Assembly: GCA_963767925.1 (NCBI GenBank)
Contig: CAVYGB010000010.1
Span: 1,632,001-1,696,000 of the forward strand
Direction of reading: 5' to 3'
DNA: 64,000 bases
DNA from: an uncultured delta proteobacterium
GTDB lineage: Bacteria; Myxococcota_A; Polyangia; Fen-1088
Below the pieces are notes generated by a model. The model was not told the DNA's origin and ran no database searches. It saw only the letters and a program-made list of their open reading frames with translations. Every line of letters starts with the position of its first letter. The stretch's first letter is position 1. Below are positions 30,394 through 39,323 of the stretch, one piece after another. A program made the translations under genes and the position numbers.

Positions 30394-31827
30394 GTGTTGT
30401 CTCGCACGGAAACCTCCTCCTCGGAAACGCCGACCGCCGGCGTTCCCCTCGACACGGAGGGTGAGCTGAACGTCGTGCGCGACGCCAGCGGCCAGATCCC
30501 CTCGAGCCTGCGGCTCAAGGCGGTGCTGTCGGTGTTCGTGGGGGTGCTGCTGCTGGCGATGACCTTCACCGTGCTGGTGGGAGCGGGCACCTTCGGCCAC
30601 CTCGACCCCACTCTGCGGGGGCGGCTGATCGCCATCATCCTGCTGGCGGGGGTGGGGGCCATGGCGGCCACCCTGCTGTTCGTGCACCTGTTCTTCGGGC
30701 CGGTGCTGCGCTTCGCCGAGGGGCTCTTGCAGAAGCTGCGCAACCTGACCACCACCCTCGAGCTGCGGGTGGAGGAGCGCACCGCCGCCCTGCGCGAGTC
30801 CAACACCCAGCTCCGCCAGACCCTCGATCAGAACCGGAACATGCAGCGGCAGCTCATGGACGCCTCCCGCCGGGCGGGCATGGCCGAGGTGGCCACCGCC
30901 GTGCTCCACAACGTCGGCAACGTCCTCAACAGCGTCAACGTGTCGGCGGGGGTGGTGATCGAGGCGGTGCAACAGTCGCGCATGTCGGCGCTGACCCGCA
31001 TCGCCGAGCTGATCCGGGCCCACGAGGCCGACTGGGCCCACTTCGTCACCGCCGACGACAAGGGGCGCAAGCTGCCCGCCTACATCTGCGGCCTGGCCGA
31101 GGCGGGCGCCGAGGAGCGGCGGGCCATCCTCGACGAGCTCACCTCGCTGCAGCGGAACATCGACCACATCAAGACGGTGGTGGCCCGCCAGCAGGCCCAG
31201 GTCAAGGCAGTGATCGGCGTCGTGGAGGCGGTGACGGTCACCGAGGTGGTCAACGACGCCATCCGCCTGGCCAGCAGCGCCCACGGCCGCCACGGCATCA
31301 CGGTCGAGCGGGAGTTCGCCGAGCTGCCGCTGGTGCGGCTCGACCGCCACAAGCTGTTCGAGACCCTGATGAACCTGCTGGGCAACGCCCGGGTGGCGCT
31401 CGAGGACCGGGAGGGCGATCGCAAGATCATCGTACGCATCCGGCCCCAGGACGAGGGCCGCTTCGGGATCGAGGTGGAGGACACCGGCTGCGGCATCGCC
31501 CCCGAGAACCTGGCCCGCATCTTCACCTTCGGCTTCACCACCCGCCCCGGGGGCCACGGCTTCGGGCTGCACGCCAGCGCGCTGGCCGCCGCCGAGATGG
31601 GCGGGACGCTGGTGGCCAGCAGCGACGGCGTCGGGCGGGGCGCCCGCTTCTTGCTCGACCTGCCCTGCGAGCCGCCCCGACCTTTCGGCGACCCGCCCGC
31701 GCCTCCGGCGGCCGCGGCCCAGCCGCCCGCCGCCGCCCCGCCCCCGGCGCCGCCGGCGCCGCCGGCGGTGGCGCCCGTCCCGGCGGCCGCGCCCGCCCCC
31801 CGGGCCTCCGGTCCACGATCCGGCTGA
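30394..31827 (+). CDS. Membrane sensor histidine kinase
   Basis: Two TM helices, VLHNVGN H-box, NLLGNA, DTGCG, FGFTT and GHGFGL. Confidence 0.88.
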   Translation: MLSRTETSSSETPTAGVPLDTEGELNVVRDASGQIPSSLRLKAVLSVFVGVLLLAMTFTVLVGAGTFGHLDPTLRGRLIAIILLAGVGAMAATLLFVHLFFGPVLRFAEGLLQKLRNLTTTLELRVEERTAALRESNTQLRQTLDQNRNMQRQLMDASRRAGMAEVATAVLHNVGNVLNSVNVSAGVVIEAVQQSRMSALTRIAELIRAHEADWAHFVTADDKGRKLPAYICGLAEAGAEERRAILDELTSLQRNIDHIKTVVARQQAQVKAVIGVVEAVTVTEVVNDAIRLASSAHGRHGITVEREFAELPLVRLDRHKLFETLMNLLGNARVALEDREGDRKIIVRIRPQDEGRFGIEVEDTGCGIAPENLARIFTFGFTTRPGGHGFGLHASALAAAEMGGTLVASSDGVGRGARFLLDLPCEPPRPFGDPPAPPAAAAQPPAAAPPPAPPAPPAVAPVPAAAPAPRASGPRSG

Positions 31828-31856
31828 CGCTTCGACCGGGCCGGCGCTCCGACCGA

Positions 31857-33068
<1,212 letters not shown>

Positions 33069-33177
33069 GGGGGGCCTCTTCTAACGCGCCGGCGCTGCCC
33101 GACACAACCACATCGGGGGCGTTCCCCGGATGTACTTTGCCGCGGTCGGGGCGATACCCTGAGGCCGGCGGCTGGCG

Positions 33178-33643
33178 ATGTCGGAAGCTCGAGCCCACCC
33201 CAGGTCTCTTCTCCGGCGTGCCGGCGCGGGGGCCCGTCCGCCAGGAGGTGAGCGACGAAGCCTGGCTGCGCGCGCTGCTCGACGTGGAGGCCGGGCTGGC
33301 CCGGGCCGAGGCGCGCGCCGGGCTGATCGCCGCCGCGGACGCGGCCGCCATCGGCGCGGCCTGCCGGCCGGAGAACTTCGACCTCCCCGCCCTGGCCCGG
33401 GCCACCGCCGAGATGGGGAACCCGGTGGGTCCCCTCGTGCGGGCCCTTGTGGCGGCGGGCAATGGCCCCGCCGCCGCCCAGATCCATCGGGGGGCCACCA
33501 CGCAGGACGTCCTCGACACCGCGGCCATGGTGGTGATCCAGCGTGCGCTCGGCGTGCTGATCGGCGATCTGGACCGGACCTGTGACGCGGCCGCCGCCCT
33601 GGCGGCCAAGCACCGGGCCACCGTGATGGCCGGCCGGACCTAG
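33178..33643 (+). pseudogene. pcaB: N-terminal fragment of a 3-carboxy-cis,cis-muconate cycloisomerase-like lyase
   Basis: ALLDVEAGLARAEA, GNPVGPLV, HRGATTQDVLDTA; stops at MAGRT; the remaining two-thirds are absent; start uncertain. Confidence 0.7.
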
Positions 33644-33677
33644 GGACGTTTTTCGAGGCAGGGTCTCCGGCCGGCCC

Positions 33678-33887
33678 TCACTCGCGGCGGGCGATCTCCT
33701 CGACGAACCAGGCGTCGCGGTGGCGCGCGTTGGGCAGGTGCGCGTCCCAGCAGTTGGCCGAGCAGAACAGCAGCTTGATGCGGCCGCTGTTGCAGGTCGA
33801 GACCGAACACTTGATCACCTTCGATCCCCAGGAGATGGCCCGGCGGCACATCGAGCAGACCAGGCCGGAAGAGGTCGCAGCGGACAT
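33678..33887 (-). CDS. Small Cys/His-rich putative zinc-binding protein (69 aa)
   Basis: GGAGG RBS; CxxC...CSVSTC...FCSANCWDAH. Confidence 0.75.
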   Translation of the reverse strand: MSAATSSGLVCSMCRRAISWGSKVIKCSVSTCNSGRIKLLFCSANCWDAHLPNARHRDAWFVEEIARRE

Positions 33888-33956
33888 GACACCTCCATTG
33901 TACAACGTGGTCCCGGTGGTTGCCCTCGGGCCGGACCCGCCGGATACTCCCGGGCC

Positions 33957-35817
33957 ATGAGCAAACCTCGCTTTTCGTCCCGGCGTGCTCGGCTCGTCCG
34001 GCGTCTGGCCGCTGTCGCCCTCGTCGTCCTGGGGGCGGGCGCCCTCGCGGCCCGCCGGCCGTCGACCAGCGTGGCCCAGCCGGCGAGCCCCGACGCCAGG
34101 GCCTTCGTGGCCGGGGTCAACGACGAGCTCCGCAAGCTCACCGTGCGGGCCTCGACCGCCGAGTGGATCAAGAACACGTACATCACCGACGACAGCGAGC
34201 GGCTCGCCGCCGCCGCCAACGAGGAGCTGCTCGGCTTCATGAGCCGGGCGGTCAAGCAGGCCGCCCAGGTCGGGGGGGCCAGCGCCGACGCCGACACCAA
34301 GCGCATGTTGCAGCTGCTGCGCGTCTCCTCGCCCCTGGCCGCCCCCAGCGACCCCAAGCTGCGGCTCGAGCTGACCACTTTGGCGGCGAAGATGGAGGGC
34401 CTGTATGGCAAGGGCAAGGCCTGCGGGGCCGACGGCAAGGCGAGCAAGTGCCGCGACCTCGAGGAGCTCAACGTCCTGTTCGCCAGGAGCCGCGACGAGG
34501 CCGAGCTGCGCGACGCCTGGCTGGGCTGGCACCGCACCGCCCGGGCCAGCCGGCCCCTTTACACCCGCTTCGTGGAGCTGGCCAACCAGGGCGCCCGGGA
34601 GATCGGCTTCGCCGACTCGGGCCTGATGTGGCGCTCGGCCTACGACATGCCCCCGGCCGACTTCGAGAAGGAGACCGAGCGGCTGTGGCAGCAGGTCCGC
34701 CCCCTGTACGAGGCGCTCCACTGCTACGTGCGCACCCAGCTCGGCAAGACCTACGGCGCGGCCAAGGTCCCGGCGGGCGCCCCCCTGCCCGCCCACCTGC
34801 TGGGCAACATGTGGGCCCAGGAGTGGGCCAACATCTACCCGCTGGTCGAGCCCTACAAGGGACAGCCCAGCCTGGACGTCTCGGCGGCCCTGGCCCGACA
34901 GAAGTGGGACGCCACCCGCATGGTGAAGACCGGCGAGCGCTTCTTCACCTCGCTGGGGCTCGATCCGCTACCGGCGACGTTCTGGGAGCGGTCGATGCTG
35001 GTCAAGCCGCGCGACCGGGACGTGGTCTGCCACGCCAGCGCCTGGGACGTCGCCATGAACGACGACCTGCGCATCAAGATGTGCATCAAGCCCACGGAAG
35101 AGGACCTCATCACCATCCACCACGAGCTGGGGCACAACTACTACTACCACGCGTATTACAAGCTGCCGCCGCTCTTCCAGAACGGGGCCAACGACGGCTT
35201 TCACGAGGCCATCGGCGACGCCCTCACCCTCTCCATCACCCCCCAGTACCTGATGGATCTGGGCCTCCTGCGGGCCATCCCCAAGGACGACAAGGGGCTG
35301 ATCAACGTGCAGATGAAGGACGCCCTCGAGAAGGTGGCGTTCCTGCCCTTCGGCCTGCTGATCGACAAGTGGCGCTGGAACGTCTTCTCCGGCAAGACCC
35401 AGCCGGCCGACTACAACAAGGCCTGGTCGGACCTGCGCCGGCAGTACCAGGGGATCGAGTCGCCGGGGGCTCGCAGCGAGGAGGACTTCGATCCCGGGGC
35501 CAAGTACCACATCCCGGCCAACGTCCCTTACACCCGCTACTTCCTGGCCCGCCTGCTCCAGTTCCAGTTCCACCGGGCGCTGTGCCGGCTCGGCCGGCCA
35601 CCAGGGCCCCCTGCACCAGTGCTCCATCTACAACAACAAGGAGGCGGGCAAGCGGCTCTGGGCGATGCTTCAGCTCGGCGCGAGCAAACCCTGGCCCGAG
35701 GCCCTGGCCGCGCTGACCGGCGAGCGGCAGATCGACGCCGCCGCCATGCTGGAGTACTTCGCCCCCCTCGCCACCTGGCTCAAGGAGAAGAACGGCGCCG
35801 CCCGCTGCGGCTGGTGA
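33957..35817 (+). CDS. M2 family peptidyl-dipeptidase A (ACE-like), one frameshift near 35590
   Basis: [32 protein letters not shown] and [10 protein letters not shown]-terminus continues in another frame (GPLHQCSIY...YFAPL..WL). Confidence 0.92.
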
Positions 35818-35870
35818 CAGCGCCGGCGGCTGGCGACGGCGCCGCCCGCTGCGGCTGGTGACAGCGCCGG
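35792..35870 (+). repeat. 35-bp direct duplication of the ACE-like gene 3' end
   Basis: ACGGCGCCGCCCGCTGCGGCTGGTGACAGCGCCGG at 35792-35826 and 35836-35870. Confidence 0.9.
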
Positions 35871-35951
35871 GCGCTCGTGGCGGAGCCGGCGCGTGATGAT
35901 ACCCCCCGGTTGCGCTTCCACCCGGGGGGGCCCCGACCTATAGTCCCGGCC

Positions 35952-36743
35952 ATGAAAACGGCGACTCGCAGGGGCCGCGTGGCGATCTGGGCGGCTGGCG
36001 CGGCTCTCCTGGTCCTCACCTCGTTCGTCCGCCCGGCGGCAGCGTACTCTTACTTCGAGCAGCCCTTGACCCTGCGGAGCTCGACCTTCGAGCTGGGGCT
36101 GGGCGTGGGGCTCGGCCACCTCGACGTGGCCGACTACACCGGCCTCGGAATCAACCTCGAGCTGGGCTACGGCATCACCTCCAACGCCGAGCTCCGCTTC
36201 CGCACCGGGCTGCGGCTGGGGGAAGGCGGCCGGGTGACCGACGCCGACTACTTCGGCCGGCCCTTCAACACCGAGACGTACAACCTGGGGAACGACACCG
36301 TCGCCAACCCCCAGATCGGCCTGCGCCTCTCCCTGGTCCGCGGCCCCACCCTCGAGCTGGCCTTCGACGCCCACGCCATCTTGCCCCTCGACGGCGTGCT
36401 CGGCCTGCTGGTGGGGATGCCGGTGATGCTCCGGCTGGGCGACCGCCTGCGGATCGACACCGGCCTGCTGGTGCCGATCTTCCTGACCGAGCCGGACACC
36501 ACCTTCGACATCAGCATCCCCATCCACATCTGGATCCAGCTCAACTCGACCACCTTCCTGGGGCCGATCACGGGGGCCTACTTCTACGACGGCGGCGGCA
36601 AGCGGGTCCCCTTCGGCTTCGGGGTCGGCACCTCGATCGCCTACGACGCCGAGGTGCGCTTCTGGCTGCTCTTCCCCGATCTCGGCGACTCCGGCACCCG
36701 CGAGAACTTCGGCCTGGGCGCCGGGCTGTACGTGCTGTTCTAG
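35952..36743 (+). CDS. Putative outer-membrane beta-barrel protein
   Basis: Signal peptide, alternating hydrophobic strands, C-terminal GLYVLF. Confidence 0.65.
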   Translation: MKTATRRGRVAIWAAGAALLVLTSFVRPAAAYSYFEQPLTLRSSTFELGLGVGLGHLDVADYTGLGINLELGYGITSNAELRFRTGLRLGEGGRVTDADYFGRPFNTETYNLGNDTVANPQIGLRLSLVRGPTLELAFDAHAILPLDGVLGLLVGMPVMLRLGDRLRIDTGLLVPIFLTEPDTTFDISIPIHIWIQLNSTTFLGPITGAYFYDGGGKRVPFGFGVGTSIAYDAEVRFWLLFPDLGDSGTRENFGLGAGLYVLF

Positions 36744-36936
36744 CCGGGCCCGAGCGCAGCGAGGGAACCCGGCTATTTCTGGAACAATCTAGCGGCCGGG
36801 CCCGAGCGCAGCGAGGGAACCCGGCTATTTCTGGAACAATCTAGCGGCCGGGCCCGAGCGCAGCGAGGGAACCCGGCTATTTCTGGAACAATCTAGCGGC
36901 CGGGCCCGAGCGCAGCGAGGGAACCCGGCTATTTCT
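36740..36936. repeat. Tandem array, ~3.7 x 52-bp palindromic unit
   Basis: GCCGGGCCCGAGCGCAGCGAGGGAACCCGGCTATTTCT starts at 36743, 36795, 36847 and 36899. Confidence 0.95.
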
Positions 36937-36945
36937 CGAGCGCCC

Positions 36946-38889
36946 TCACAGCGGGCGGAGGCGGACCCACTCGTCGTAGAGGGCGCCGCCTTCGCCGAGG
37001 TCGGTGGTGCGGGCGCTGATCAGGGTGTTGAAGCAGCGGCCGGCCCGCAGGTGACCGCCTTTGGCGGCCAGGGCCACGTCGGGACGCTGGGCCCGGTCGT
37101 GGGCCACCCGCACGACGAGGGCGCCCCGCGCTGACTCGAGGCTGGCCAGGGCGCCGTCGGCGATGCCGGCGGCCGCCTCGGGGTGGACGGTGACGGTGGC
37201 GGGGCCCTCCTGGGGGGCGCTCCACTGCGAGGACTGCGACCGGTCGGTCGACAGCGCCATCAGCAGCAGGGGAAAGCCCGGCGGCGCCACCGGCGGATCG
37301 AAGGCGGCGGCCGGGACGTCGGGGCCGCGCAGCAGGTTCACCTTGCCCGAGGCGGTGGGAAACCGGCGGTCGGCGAACAGGACCGGCGCGGCCAGCGGGC
37401 TGCGCAGGGGGCCCCGGGCGAAGTCCTCGATCCCGATGCCGTGGGGGCCCAGGGTCGGGGCGATGATCCGCGCCTTCCACTGGCGGGCGCTGCCCGCCAT
37501 CACCTCGGCCAGCCCCAGCCGGGCGGCCAGGGCCTGCATGATCTCGAGATCGGTCAGCACCCCGGGCGGCGGCGGGACCACCGGGCGAGACTCCCCCAGG
37601 TAGTGGTGGCCGTAGGCCCCCAGCAGATCGTCGTCCTCGAGCAAGGTGGTGGTCGGCAGCACCACGGTGGCCAGGCGGCCGGTGTCGGTGAGGAACGGAT
37701 CGACGACCACCGACAGCTCGCGCGTGCGGATGGCCTCCGCCACCGTGTCCGACTGGGGCAACATGGCGACCGGGTTGCCTGCCGTGACCCAGAGGGCCCG
37801 GATCGGCGGCTCGCGCGCGGCCAGCACCTCCGGCCCGAACAGCGGCTCGCAGATCGATCGGGGGGCTGCCTCCAGGCCGCGGATGAAGCTCATGTCGAAG
37901 GCGGCTCGCCGCCTGTAATAGAAGGAGACGCCGCCCCCGGCGATCCCCAGGTTGCCCGAGATGGCGCAGAGCGCGTCGAGCGCGCGCACGATGGCGCCCC
38001 CGGCCTGCCGGCGCCCCATGCCCCAGCCCACCAGGATGGCGGTCGGCTGGCCCGGCCCCAGCCGCCGGGCCAGGTCCTCGGCGTCGCCGGGGGTCACGCC
38101 GGCCCGCTCGCACCAGGTGGCCACCGTCGCGCCCTCGGCGCAGGCCCGCAGCTCGTCGAGGCCGTCGCAGTAGCGGGCGGCCTCCGGATCGACCCAGCCG
38201 TTTTCCCAGAGCAGGCGGGCCACCGCCATGGCGAGGGCGAAGTCTCCCCCCGGCCGCGGCTGCAGGTAACGCTCGCACAGCTCCGCCGTCCGCTGGTGCA
38301 CCGGATCGATGAGCACCAGCCCGGCCCCGCGCGCGCGGGCCTGCCGCAACACCGGCAAGGTGTGGGGGCTGGAGACGTAGACGTTTTTCCCCCAGAGGAT
38401 GATGTTGCGGGCGTTGAGCAGGTCGTGCAGATCGTTGGAGTCCTCGTGTCCGAAGTCGGTGGCCTGGGCGGCGTCGCCCGCCCCCGAGCAGATGTCGCCC
38501 CGCTTGATCGTGACCGGCCCGAGCTGCTCGAAGAAGTAGTCGGTGAGGTGCTTCAGCAGGCCGAGCGAGCCGCCCGAGCGGTAATGAAAGATCGCCGCCG
38601 GCCCCGACTCGGCGCGAATCGCGGCGAGCCGCGCCGCCAGGAAGTCCAGGGCCTCCTCCCAGCCCACCGGCGTGAGGGCGCCCCCCTTGCGCAGCAGCGG
38701 TCCGGTCAACCGATCCGGGCCGTATTGCAGGGGCAGAAAATGGTTGGTCCGGTAACAGAGGAATCCCCGGGTGATCGGGTGGTCGCGATCGCCCTCCAGC
38801 CGCACCACCCGCCCGTCCTCGACGTGGGCCACGATGCCACAGGCATCGGGGCAGTCGCGGTTGCAGGTGGTCTTGCGCAGCTCGGGCAT
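36946..38889 (-). CDS. Molybdopterin-dependent oxidoreductase (DMSO reductase family)
   Basis: CNRDCPDAC...LC Fe-S motif, GDIC, VVLPTTTLLE, C-terminal MopB-CT-like domain. Confidence 0.88.
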   Translation of the reverse strand: MPELRKTTCNRDCPDACGIVAHVEDGRVVRLEGDRDHPITRGFLCYRTNHFLPLQYGPDRLTGPLLRKGGALTPVGWEEALDFLAARLAAIRAESGPAAIFHYRSGGSLGLLKHLTDYFFEQLGPVTIKRGDICSGAGDAAQATDFGHEDSNDLHDLLNARNIILWGKNVYVSSPHTLPVLRQARARGAGLVLIDPVHQRTAELCERYLQPRPGGDFALAMAVARLLWENGWVDPEAARYCDGLDELRACAEGATVATWCERAGVTPGDAEDLARRLGPGQPTAILVGWGMGRRQAGGAIVRALDALCAISGNLGIAGGGVSFYYRRRAAFDMSFIRGLEAAPRSICEPLFGPEVLAAREPPIRALWVTAGNPVAMLPQSDTVAEAIRTRELSVVVDPFLTDTGRLATVVLPTTTLLEDDDLLGAYGHHYLGESRPVVPPPPGVLTDLEIMQALAARLGLAEVMAGSARQWKARIIAPTLGPHGIGIEDFARGPLRSPLAAPVLFADRRFPTASGKVNLLRGPDVPAAAFDPPVAPPGFPLLLMALSTDRSQSSQWSAPQEGPATVTVHPEAAAGIADGALASLESARGALVVRVAHDRAQRPDVALAAKGGHLRAGRCFNTLISARTTDLGEGGALYDEWVRLRPL

Positions 38890-38968
38890 GGCCGGGATCT
38901 TGATGCCCCAGAGTGGGCGCGTCCAGGGTTCGATGGGAGCGCACCTCCGGGGAGCGGACTGACCCCGC

Positions 38969-39251
38969 GGGTACCGCGTCCTGGTGGCCAAGAACGGCCA
39001 GGAGGGGCTCGAGGTGGCCCGCCGCGACCGGGACCCCATCCACCTCGTCGTGAGCGGCGTGATCATGCCGGGGACCAGCGGGCCCGAGGTGGTGCTCGCG
39101 ATAAGGGCGCTCTGTCCGACATCAAGGCCCTCTTCATGTCCGGGGTCACCGACCATGCCGTCCTGCGCGACGGCACCCTGCAGACGGGCATGAACTTCAT
39201 CCAGAAGCCGTTCGCCCTGGCGCGCGAGGTGCGCGAGGTGCTCGGCGCCTG
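38969..39251 (+). pseudogene. Degenerate receiver domain (remnant of a hybrid kinase C-terminus)
   Basis: GYRVLVAKNGQEGL...VVSGVIMPG, frameshift, then IKALFMSG...FIQKPF; no N-terminus; phospho-Asp position is Gly. Confidence 0.7.
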
Positions 39252-39323
39252 ACCCCTGAGGCAGGCCCGGGATCTCATCCGGTGATTTGACAGACAAACG
39301 GCGTTCGACGGAGATCGTCCGGG

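Noticed and set aside
36740..36936. CRISPR array
   Set aside because: Linkers between the palindromes are identical and short; no cas genes
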